This document shows positions 40,598-49,041 of a stretch of 64,000 bases of DNA, piece after piece (positions within the stretch are counted from its first letter, which is position 1; each line of letters begins with the position of its first letter). Under the pieces are notes generated by a model that searched no databases, was not told the origin of the DNA, and saw only the letters and a list, made by a program, of their open reading frames with translations. Position numbers and translations under genes: made by a program. Source of the DNA: a virus; IMG/VR virus record IMGVR_UViG_3300034101_003783, positions 40,018 through 104,017 of that record. One strand, written 5' to 3'.

Positions 40598-40603
40598 TAG
40601 TTA

Positions 40604-42697
40604 TTATCTAATAATTTTTTTCATAGTCCCGTCTTCATATACCTCAAATATAAATCCTTTTGTATCTGAATTAACTTCTTGCCCTATAAGGTTGATGTAT
40701 TTAACAACTTTTTTAAATGATTTTGTATTATCTAAACCAATAGGTCCGTACATCTTATATTGACCATCATAGTCAACCTGTTTTAATCTATAGTAATGTA
40801 TTACCAAATCATCAAAAGAATCTAAATAACTATAATTAATAACAACCGTACTATTACCTGAAGCCAATTTATTACCAACAACCTTCCATATCTCACCATC
40901 AATACTTCTCTCTATATCAAAGTAATCTGAGTTGTGTTCTGATGCGGTTGACCACTTAAGCGAGTTAAACGAAGGATATGGTGAACCCTCAAAGTATAAT
41001 AACTCAACAGGAAGTCCTGTTGGTGGTGTTATTGTTAGTTTATAATCCTCAGCTTCACCGTAAAGTTGTGTACCACACGATAGTGGTGCAGGATCGCTAG
41101 CTTCAACTGATACTATTCTCATTCGAGTTTCTCCTAAAGTTGCTCCGCTTGGTACAGTTATATTTAAAGGGGATAGTGATGTAATCCCATTAGTAGTGTT
41201 TAATGCACTACCCAAAGAATACTCTTCTCCTACTTCAAATACGTAATTTTGGTTCCAATCTATCCAAACTTTTGTATTTACTGTCCAATTACCATCTGTG
41301 TTTACTTTAACATTTAATTGATAAATCCCACCCTGTTCTACGTTAGTTGATTGTGTGGTAAAATCACTATATGCAGGATTACCAATACTTGTATTTGATA
41401 TTGTACCAAACGTTACGGAAGTAATACCTGTAGGGTCATTATTGGTTATGTTATATGTACAATATGATAATGTTATTTGAATAGGTGTTGATATCCCACT
41501 ATTTCCTGAACAAGTAACGGTAGATCTAAACCAAGTAGGTGATGTAATTGGTGGTGACGTTTGTGTTGCCGACGAGGTACCAAAAGTTGTCCATGTTGAA
41601 TTATCTGGACTACTCTCCCACACATAAGTTACTCCTGTACCAGTTGTAGTGTTTTGTAGTGAGAGATTTACGGTTCCGTTTGGTGGTGATGTTAATGAAG
41701 AAGAAAGTGTGTTTCCTGGGTTTGGTGTTCCTGAACAAACGGGAATAACGGGCGGTGTCCAAGTATAAGTTAATCCTGAAGTTGGTTTTACAGTATTTGA
41801 AAGTGTTACAGTTGAACTGTTTAATGTTCCTGCGGTGGTTGATGACCAATTTGTTGTGGTTGTTCTATTATTAAAATCCGTATTTAACGATCCTCTTAAC
41901 CCAATTTGAAACGTTGTTGCAGTTGTACTTGTTGGTCCTTGTATATTATATACGATATTAATTGTGTTAGTAGTTTCATTTAATCTTATCTGAAAATTAT
42001 ATAATTCACCAAACGCACCTGAAGTTGTATATCTTTGCCATCCTGTCCATTGAACCACTAATGTCCTATTAGGTGATGTACCTATTGTTTGAAATCTAAT
42101 ACCAAATCCTGACCTTGAAAATCTTAAATGTCTATTACTCCCTGTTCCTGTAGCATTTGATGAAATTGTTATAGTCGTTGCGGTTTTAGAAATAACGGTT
42201 GGGATTACAGCGGTTGGGATGCCGTTTCCTTGTACCTTATCACCAACTGATATTAAGTTAATATCACCACCTGTAATCGTAATAATAGGTGACCCGCTAG
42301 TTACTGTCATAATTAACGAACCACGACCAATTAAATCGGTTCCCATTGCGGATATTACATTATTTGACGTACCTGTTGATAGTGGTAAATAACTGTTAGT
42401 TGGTAAACCCCCTAATGTTATAAAACCATTGGTGTTTACCGCAAATTGGGTATATGTTGTGCCATTATAAATAAAGTTAAAACCAATTGATTCTAAGGCG
42501 GATGAACTTACATCGTCAAAAAAACCGGTAGTTCCGTTAAAACTACTATTTGTCCAATTTGTAAAGTTATCGTAGTTACTACCCCCAACTATTGGTGTAT
42601 AAGTTCCGGTTGATGTTCCAAACGTATAAGAACTTACTTGTGACCTAACAAAAAAACTTGTTAGTATAAGAAAAAAAATAAGTAGAGAATTTTTCAT
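40604..42697 (-). CDS. Secreted GEVED-domain protein with T9SS-type C-terminus
   Basis: Signal peptide MKNSLLIFFLILTSFFVRS|Q. VWIDWNQN...GEAEDY (GEVED). LPVELLYF...WSTASEHNSDYFDIERS...YYRLKQVDYDG Ig domain. C-terminal YINLIGQ...KKII. Confidence 0.8.
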   Translation of the reverse strand: MKNSLLIFFLILTSFFVRSQVSSYTFGTSTGTYTPIVGGSNYDNFTNWTNSSFNGTTGFFDDVSSSALESIGFNFIYNGTTYTQFAVNTNGFITLGGLPTNSYLPLSTGTSNNVISAMGTDLIGRGSLIMTVTSGSPIITITGGDINLISVGDKVQGNGIPTAVIPTVISKTATTITISSNATGTGSNRHLRFSRSGFGIRFQTIGTSPNRTLVVQWTGWQRYTTSGAFGELYNFQIRLNETTNTINIVYNIQGPTSTTATTFQIGLRGSLNTDFNNRTTTTNWSSTTAGTLNSSTVTLSNTVKPTSGLTYTWTPPVIPVCSGTPNPGNTLSSSLTSPPNGTVNLSLQNTTTGTGVTYVWESSPDNSTWTTFGTSSATQTSPPITSPTWFRSTVTCSGNSGISTPIQITLSYCTYNITNNDPTGITSVTFGTISNTSIGNPAYSDFTTQSTNVEQGGIYQLNVKVNTDGNWTVNTKVWIDWNQNYVFEVGEEYSLGSALNTTNGITSLSPLNITVPSGATLGETRMRIVSVEASDPAPLSCGTQLYGEAEDYKLTITPPTGLPVELLYFEGSPYPSFNSLKWSTASEHNSDYFDIERSIDGEIWKVVGNKLASGNSTVVINYSYLDSFDDLVIHYYRLKQVDYDGQYKMYGPIGLDNTKSFKKVVKYINLIGQEVNSDTKGFIFEVYEDGTMKKIIR

Positions 42698-42793
42698 AGG
42701 TGATCATTTTTTAATAAATACTTATGAAATAATTTATTATCAACGTTTAAATTAAAAGTTTGAGCATAATGGTGATATGAATTATCATATAAC

Positions 42794-42823
42794 AAAAAAA
42801 GGAGATAATTTCTTATCTCCTTT
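42794..42823 (-). terminator. Terminator after major capsid gene
   Basis: GGAGATAA/TTATCTCC hairpin with an A7 tract on + (U-tract on -). Confidence 0.8.
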
Positions 42824-42843
42824 CTCTTATTCAGTTTAATTGA

Positions 42844-44751
42844 TTATCTCAATTCTCTTAAGTCGAATGTTCTAACTCCATCAACTGTGATTCTTGCGTA
42901 GAATCTGTTATTAACCATTTTCTTAGCGTATCTTGTCATAATACCTTTGATTGGTGTGAAGTTGAATGGGTTGTACATTGTAGGTGTTAATTGTAGAGGT
43001 ACGTACGGTGCGTAGATGTAACCTGTGTCTAACAATGATGTTCCTTTGTGTCCGATCAAAATTTGATTTGGTGGGAAGTAAGGATCACGGTAAACTTGGT
43101 AACGTCCTGACAAAGTACCAACTCTTTCAATACCCATGTTATACTGATCTTGTTCAGGAGATGCGTTAGATACGTGGAAGTACTCTAAGTCATCAAAGAT
43201 AGCAGATACTTCAGAAGAAACAACGATCCAGTTAGCTCCACCTCTTAAAGTTGATTTGTGAATTTGAGCAGACAATTGGTTAATTGCTGTAATCAAAGTC
43301 TGATTCCAATCTTTTTGAGTGTAAGAAGTTGTTAACTGTAGTCTTCTCCATCCGTTATAATCCCATCTTAGGTTCCAAGCCGCTCCTTTTCTAAGGTCTC
43401 TCAAGATTTCTCTATCGATTTCAGCCGCCACTTGTTCAGACAATAAAGCCGTTAATTCAGCTTCAGCGTCGATATTGTGGAATGCCGCAACGTCTTGTGC
43501 TAATTCAGGTGACCATTGTGCTCTTAGTTTTCTTTCTGTAACAGATACAGTAACTGACTCAAGGTCAAAAGAAACTTCACCAATTTGATCTTCGAATTCT
43601 AAGTTTTTATATCTTCTATATACCGCTTGGAATGGTGCAGTTGCCAAAGATTGACTACTATTATCACCAATGTCTTCTATTGTAGTACCTGTATAACCAT
43701 CTAAAGTAGTTGCTCCACAATCAGCACATGCTGGACAAGAAAGATCTACTTCTAAGAAGATACAACCATCTTGTGAACAAATATCATTGTAAGAACCTCC
43801 ATTACCTGTTGAAGACCAAATAGTTGGTGTTGTAGTTGAGGTAGGTTGTACAATTCCTTTTCCATAAATTTGAGTAACAACTCTAAACAATAATGGAGCG
43901 GATAAAGTAGATAGAGGAGTAATAGGATCCAAATTAGGACATTGATTTCCTGCTGATAATTGATCTAAGTTAGCAACTATTTTAAGATCTGAAAGGAAAG
44001 TTTCAGTATCAATTTCATTACCATCAGGACCAATTAATTTTCCAACACCTGCATTATTAAATCCACAAAGTTTGATAATCATTTTTCTTGTATTTTGTCC
44101 ATTAAACTCATCATCTGCCGGTACTAAATCAGAACCAGACCATACCATAGCAATGGCAGGTTGAGTAACTGCAGTCCATTGTCCTTTTGAATAATCGAAT
44201 AACCCTGGAGGATCTAAAGACGCCTCAGAACCTTCGTAAAATAAATCATAAAGATTTTTTGTGTAAGGTGCGTTACCATTACCATTAGGGAATGTAACAG
44301 TACCTGGATAACCTTGACCAACATTATTTGTATCATCAGCAAGTGCTTGAGGAGAACCAATTGGTGAGTAATGTACTCCACCGTCTGGTGCTGAAGGTGT
44401 TGCGTCAGGATTATATCCTTGGATACGAGGTACGAAGTAGAACAATTTACCAATAGGTAAGTTCATTGCTTGTACAGAAACGATATCGTTCGCTAACAAT
44501 TTAGAGAAAACTCTTCTTACGATAGGGAAAACAACTGTTTCGAATGCTCCGTTAGAAGTTTCAGAAGTTGCTTCGTTAATTAAGAAAGAAGCTTGGTTTT
44601 CATATAACTGTGCTACGTTTTCTTTTAGGTGGCCTCTAAGACCTTCAAGGAACCCTAATCTGTCCCATTTGTTAATTGTATCTTCTTTGATAACTTTAAG
44701 GTGCTTAAGACCAATGTTACCAACAAGACCTGATTCTAATAATGCTCCCAT
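42844..44751 (-). CDS. gp23: Major capsid protein, T4 gp23-like, with large insertion
   Basis: LYENQ, PIVRRV, VQAM..P.G, RKLRAQWSPELAQDV.A.H.IDAEAEL, EIDREI, YAPYVPL and F.P.KGIMTRY motifs. Confidence 0.97.
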   Translation of the reverse strand: MGALLESGLVGNIGLKHLKVIKEDTINKWDRLGFLEGLRGHLKENVAQLYENQASFLINEATSETSNGAFETVVFPIVRRVFSKLLANDIVSVQAMNLPIGKLFYFVPRIQGYNPDATPSAPDGGVHYSPIGSPQALADDTNNVGQGYPGTVTFPNGNGNAPYTKNLYDLFYEGSEASLDPPGLFDYSKGQWTAVTQPAIAMVWSGSDLVPADDEFNGQNTRKMIIKLCGFNNAGVGKLIGPDGNEIDTETFLSDLKIVANLDQLSAGNQCPNLDPITPLSTLSAPLLFRVVTQIYGKGIVQPTSTTTPTIWSSTGNGGSYNDICSQDGCIFLEVDLSCPACADCGATTLDGYTGTTIEDIGDNSSQSLATAPFQAVYRRYKNLEFEDQIGEVSFDLESVTVSVTERKLRAQWSPELAQDVAAFHNIDAEAELTALLSEQVAAEIDREILRDLRKGAAWNLRWDYNGWRRLQLTTSYTQKDWNQTLITAINQLSAQIHKSTLRGGANWIVVSSEVSAIFDDLEYFHVSNASPEQDQYNMGIERVGTLSGRYQVYRDPYFPPNQILIGHKGTSLLDTGYIYAPYVPLQLTPTMYNPFNFTPIKGIMTRYAKKMVNNRFYARITVDGVRTFDLRELR

Positions 44752-44821
44752 TTTTATTTGTTTTTTTTTAGCTTTATTTTTTATTTATGTATATTATAAA
44801 TATACGTTTATTTTAAAAAGT

Positions 44822-46474
44822 TTATTTTAATTTACCCATTAAGTCTTTCATTCTTAAAAATTGAGGGTTTTCGTATGTTTTAGATTCAATTAAATTAACC
44901 GCTGACCCTGTAGAGGGTGCTTTCATAACAGTTCTGTTAATAGATTCATTTATACTTTTATCAGACAATGTATTATTTGATAGTTCATTTTTAAGTATTT
45001 GATAAAGACTTTTGGATTCTTTTAAAGATTCAACGTTATCGAATCTTCTCAAAATATTAATTTTTTCTTGTTTTGTTGTTGAGTGTTCGGTAAACAATCT
45101 TGTTGCGTATGCCAAATTAGAATTAAAAACAGCTACTTCATTTAATTTTGTTCTAAACAAATCTAAAGCTTTTCTATATTCATCGTTCTTTTCTCTTAGA
45201 ATCTCAACTTCTTCTTTTAAATGTCTTGGTGCTGCAACTGGTTTATTTAAACCTTTTCTACCAAATCTTCTCCCAGCCCCTAAAGTTCTTGAAGCTTCTT
45301 TAGTTTCAGATTTTTTACCTCCTTTTATTTTGTTTATAATTTTCATAACAATTTCTGAATTAGGATCTTCATTATCGAAATCAAATTTAGCTTTACCTGA
45401 TTTTCCATAACGTTTAGAACCTTCTTTCATTTTTGTATTAAATCCACCTTCTTGGTTTGGTTTTTTACTATATTTGAATTTAGACGCACTACCTGTTTTT
45501 TGTTTAGATTCATTAACTTTGAATTTATCTGTTTCGTCACTCATACTTGACCAAGAGTCTTCACCAAGTTCATCTTCATAACTCATATCTTCATAAGTCA
45601 TCATGTCTTCACCAAGTTCATCTTCATAACTCATATCTTCATAAGTCATCATGTCTTCACCAAGTTCATCATCGTACAATCCGTCCATGCCTTCATAAGT
45701 CATCATGTCTTCACCAAGTTCATCATCGTACAATCCGTCCATGCCTTCATAAGTCATCATGTCTTCACCAAGTTCATCTTCATAACTCATATCTTCATAA
45801 GTCATCATGTCTTCACCAAGTTCATCTTCATAACTCATATCTTCATAAGTCATCATGTCTTCACCTAAACCAATGTCACCACCCATAGAGTCATCTCCGA
45901 CCTCAAGTTCATATAAAGTTTCTTCACTATCAAACTCATTTAAATAATCTTCTTCAGATTCATTAAGTTTTATAATGTATTCTGTGTCATTTTCCATATC
46001 CTTTAAGTCATAGTAATCTCCAATTTTCTCAATTGAAACTTTATCGTTTTTACCCATTTTTGAAAAGACGATAGCAACATCTTCGTCACTTGCTCCTCTC
46101 ATGTCAATGGTTTCTTCGTCGTCAGCCCCTACCATACCAACATCCGCCATTTCGTCGTCTTCTACGTCATCCATTTCGTCGTCTTCTACGTCATCCATTT
46201 CGTCGTCTTCTACGTCATCCATTTCGTCGTCTTCTACGTCAAAAGTTTCTTCATCATCAACCTCAACGTCTTCTTCTCCCTCAGGCGATGCAATAACCGC
46301 CTCTTCTTCATCATCAACCTCAACCTCATCTTGTTCTTTCAGAGATTCTTTTACTAAAGAATTGATTTCTTGCCTCATTGTCGATGCAAGTATTCCTTTT
46401 GCATTTTCTTTAAGAGCGTCCTCCAAATTTTTCATTTGAATAACTGCCTCTTCTACTACTGTTTTTCTACTCAT
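44822..46474 (-). CDS. Prohead core/scaffold protein (gp22-like position)
   Basis: Very acidic coiled coil lying between the protease and capsid genes. LNEVAVFNSNLAY..LF, and RMKDLMG C-terminus. Confidence 0.8.
   Translation of the reverse strand: MSRKTVVEEAVIQMKNLEDALKENAKGILASTMRQEINSLVKESLKEQDEVEVDDEEEAVIASPEGEEDVEVDDEETFDVEDDEMDDVEDDEMDDVEDDEMDDVEDDEMADVGMVGADDEETIDMRGASDEDVAIVFSKMGKNDKVSIEKIGDYYDLKDMENDTEYIIKLNESEEDYLNEFDSEETLYELEVGDDSMGGDIGLGEDMMTYEDMSYEDELGEDMMTYEDMSYEDELGEDMMTYEGMDGLYDDELGEDMMTYEGMDGLYDDELGEDMMTYEDMSYEDELGEDMMTYEDMSYEDELGEDSWSSMSDETDKFKVNESKQKTGSASKFKYSKKPNQEGGFNTKMKEGSKRYGKSGKAKFDFDNEDPNSEIVMKIINKIKGGKKSETKEASRTLGAGRRFGRKGLNKPVAAPRHLKEEVEILREKNDEYRKALDLFRTKLNEVAVFNSNLAYATRLFTEHSTTKQEKINILRRFDNVESLKESKSLYQILKNELSNNTLSDKSINESINRTVMKAPSTGSAVNLIESKTYENPQFLRMKDLMGKLK
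45557..45865. repeat. In-frame tandem repeat, 48/54-bp units in AABBAA order
   Basis: A = EDMMTYEDMSYEDELG, B = EDMMTYEGMDGLYDDELG. Confidence 0.95.
46147..46241. repeat. 4 x 24-bp in-frame tandem repeat (DVEDDEMD)
   Basis: Unit ccatttcgtcgtcttctacgtcat. Confidence 0.95.
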
Positions 46475-46542
46475 TTATAGTTTGTTTTATCAAATAAATA
46501 TAATGACTTTAGAAAAAAATCATTTTTTTTAATAATGAGAAT

Positions 46543-46578
46543 AAAAAAAGGGGAAAAGTTTAAAACTAATCCCCTTTT
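46543..46578 (-). terminator. Probable terminator
   Basis: AAAAGGGGA...TCCCCTTTT imperfect hairpin with an A-tract on +. Confidence 0.6.
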
Positions 46579-46600
46579 GAAAATTTTAAAAACCTAAAAG

Positions 46601-46816
46601 TTATTCTATCACCTCATCTATTTTACTTTCGGTAATTGAAGTAATCCTCCAATCCATGGTGTAATTTTCATAAACTTTAGTTACTTTAGCTTCTACATCA
46701 GTTGGTGTATAACCCAATACTAACTTTTCTTCTTTTACTTTTTTAACTTTACCTGATTCTGAATCTAATAAATCAGATGTAATTTTTGCGACAAAATATT
46801 TTTCTCCTTGTTCCAT
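46601..46816 (-). CDS. DUF4494-like small protein
   Basis: YF.AKI...GKVKKVKE..LV...TDVEAKV pattern resembles Bacteroidota DUF4494. Confidence 0.5.
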   Translation of the reverse strand: MEQGEKYFVAKITSDLLDSESGKVKKVKEEKLVLGYTPTDVEAKVTKVYENYTMDWRITSITESKIDEVIE

Positions 46817-46824
46817 AATTTTAT

Positions 46825-47538
46825 TTATTTCAAATAATCGGACAATCTTTTCATTAAGTCAAGAGATTTATTTCCAGTTTCTCCAATATTTCTTTCTACT
46901 GCCATTTTTTTATCTTCTTCTAAATTTTCATCAAATTTTATTCTATCATTTTTATCTAAAAATAGATAAGCCCCTGGAGTTGATGGTGATGATACTAAAT
47001 CAAAACAAATAAGTTCAAAATCATCCTGTACTTCGTTTTGTTCCCCAACCTTTTTTAATGAACCAACTCCCCTAGAAGATATACCTAAAGTAACACCTTG
47101 TCTTAAGTAGTTAGCTGCCATATCCCCTTTTGTTGATACAATCCCTCTTTCGTGAAATCCAGGACTTGTAAGTAATTTTAATTTTCCTAAAAGTACAGGA
47201 CCGTCCCACCATACCTCAGTTATTATATGAGACACTCTATCAAGATCTATAAGTGAAGATTCAGGGTGATTAAGTTCTGACAGAGAAGTTCCTTTCTCAA
47301 TCAATTTTTTATAATTTTCGGCCTCTCTTTTTAATACTTTTTCTGGATATATTCTACCATTTCTATTTGGTGTATTATATTTTTGTAAAACAGCGTAAAA
47401 TTCAAATGGTTTTGAGTGGTCTAAAAATGTTTTAGATTCCATTATGTAGTGATTACTTTCTGTTTTTGGGTTGATATACCCAGCGTCGTATTCAATAAGG
47501 ATTCCTTTACCGGTTTCGTTTGGTCCTAAAATTTTCAT
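46825..47538 (-). CDS. gp21: Prohead protease, T4 gp21-like
   Basis: NRNGRIYP, ELNHP, VSH, GISSRGVGS and DLVSSPSTPGA motifs. Confidence 0.95.
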   Translation of the reverse strand: MKILGPNETGKGILIEYDAGYINPKTESNHYIMESKTFLDHSKPFEFYAVLQKYNTPNRNGRIYPEKVLKREAENYKKLIEKGTSLSELNHPESSLIDLDRVSHIITEVWWDGPVLLGKLKLLTSPGFHERGIVSTKGDMAANYLRQGVTLGISSRGVGSLKKVGEQNEVQDDFELICFDLVSSPSTPGAYLFLDKNDRIKFDENLEEDKKMAVERNIGETGNKSLDLMKRLSDYLK

Positions 47539-47559
47539 GTTTAAATTTTATTATAAATA

Positions 47560-48027
47560 TTAAACTTTTTCGGTTTTTACCTTTATTTGTTTAGAATTTC
47601 CATTTTTAGTTAAATAACATTTAAAATATTCATTTTTATTTAGAACATCATCATATATGTTTTTAATTAAAGATTTTAGTGATTTTTTTAATTTTGGCGA
47701 CTTAAAGTCAATTTCTTCTACCAAATAAAAATTTATTTCTAAATTCATAAATGATTTCTTTTTTAGTTGTAATCCGCTTGTCCTTAAATCAAGATCAACA
47801 ATAAATTTTTCATCTAACAAATTCCTATCTACATTATGGTAAATAGTGTGTTTTATTGATCTATTCATGTTTAAAACAACCCTCGTCCAATTTTCCGAGT
47901 CTTTTTTTGGTTCTACCCAAGTTTGTAAGTTTAAATAAAGTGATTTAAATTCTTTTGAGTCTACAGTCCCATATGTAATTTTTGATGTTCTGAATCCATT
48001 GATTTTTGTCGTTTTTCCTTTTTTCAT
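47560..48027 (-). CDS. Hypothetical protein
   Basis: 155-aa ORF in the head module. Confidence 0.65.
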   Translation of the reverse strand: MKKGKTTKINGFRTSKITYGTVDSKEFKSLYLNLQTWVEPKKDSENWTRVVLNMNRSIKHTIYHNVDRNLLDEKFIVDLDLRTSGLQLKKKSFMNLEINFYLVEEIDFKSPKLKKSLKSLIKNIYDDVLNKNEYFKCYLTKNGNSKQIKVKTEKV

Positions 48028-48116
48028 ATTTTTTTTTCATGTCGAAATAGTTTATTTTAAATAAATTTACTTAATTTTGGAGTATATATCAATATAAATA
48101 AATTTATAATCAACAT

Positions 48117-48302
48117 ATGTTAATAGTCAAAGTAAAGAAAGGTGATATTGAGAGATCTTTAAAAGAGTTAAAAAGTAAGGTAATTAAAACAAGACAAAAT
48201 AGTTTATTAAATGATCTAAAAGAATATAAAAAAAAATCTGTCATTAAAAGACAGATTTTAAATAAAGCAAAATATCGACAAAAAAACTTTAATAATCTTT
48301 AA
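48117..48302 (+). CDS. rpsU: Phage-encoded ribosomal protein bS21
   Basis: MLIVKV..GDIERSLK.LK.KV.KT...L...EY.KKSV.KR....KAKYRQ matches the Bacteroidota S21 pattern. Confidence 0.85.
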   Translation: MLIVKVKKGDIERSLKELKSKVIKTRQNSLLNDLKEYKKKSVIKRQILNKAKYRQKNFNNL

Positions 48303-49021
48303 AGACTTTCATTTAAATTTTTTAGTTTAACATATGAAATTTTATTAAAAGTTTCATTTTTAACTTTTTCTATTGTCTCTAATATTGTTTTCTTTACTTC
48401 GTTATCGGACTCAGAAATTAAGATACTATCAAGTCTTTTTAATGTATTTTCTTTAATAAAGTCAAATTTAACGATAAGTTTATTTTCATCCTCTTTTATA
48501 ATTGTCATTAATTCTTTTTTTTCAGATTCGCTAATATTTGATAAAAATTCATTTACCGTTTTATTTGCAACATCCACCATATCTTGTAAAGGAACATTAA
48601 TTATTTTTCCTTTTTCCGATATAACCTCCACAGACTTTAAAGACTCAACAATTTTTTTTCTACTTTGTAATTTATTTTCTAACATAACAACACTATTAGA
48701 AAATAAATTATCAATCTCCTCATAGTTATTTTTAGTTTTTATGTTATTAATCCACATTTTAATTTCTTCTAAATTTTTTTTAGAAATTTTATTAAAAGTG
48801 TTTTCATAAATAATAATTGACTCATTAATAAAATCATTTGCAACGGATTCTGATAACCCTTTCTTTGAAGAAAGTTCGTCATACAAAAAATAAAGTTTAC
48901 TTATATTTTTATTTTTTTTTACTAATTCGTTAAATATAAAAATATTATCTTTAAATGTATTTTTATTGTATGATTCAATTAAACACTTTTCTATTTTAGA
49001 TTTTAAAATTCCAAACTTCAT
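48299..49021 (-). CDS. Conserved head-module hypothetical protein
   Basis: 240-aa helical ORF next to portal. TATTTAT upstream. Confidence 0.65.
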   Translation of the reverse strand: MKFGILKSKIEKCLIESYNKNTFKDNIFIFNELVKKNKNISKLYFLYDELSSKKGLSESVANDFINESIIIYENTFNKISKKNLEEIKMWINNIKTKNNYEEIDNLFSNSVVMLENKLQSRKKIVESLKSVEVISEKGKIINVPLQDMVDVANKTVNEFLSNISESEKKELMTIIKEDENKLIVKFDFIKENTLKRLDSILISESDNEVKKTILETIEKVKNETFNKISYVKLKNLNESL

Positions 49022-49041
49022 AATTTTTTTTATTATAAATA

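Noticed and set aside
45557-45865. Possible CRISPR array
   Set aside because: Units are contiguous in-frame coding repeats with no unique spacers, and no cas genes are present. The same applies to 46147, 54376 and 56653.
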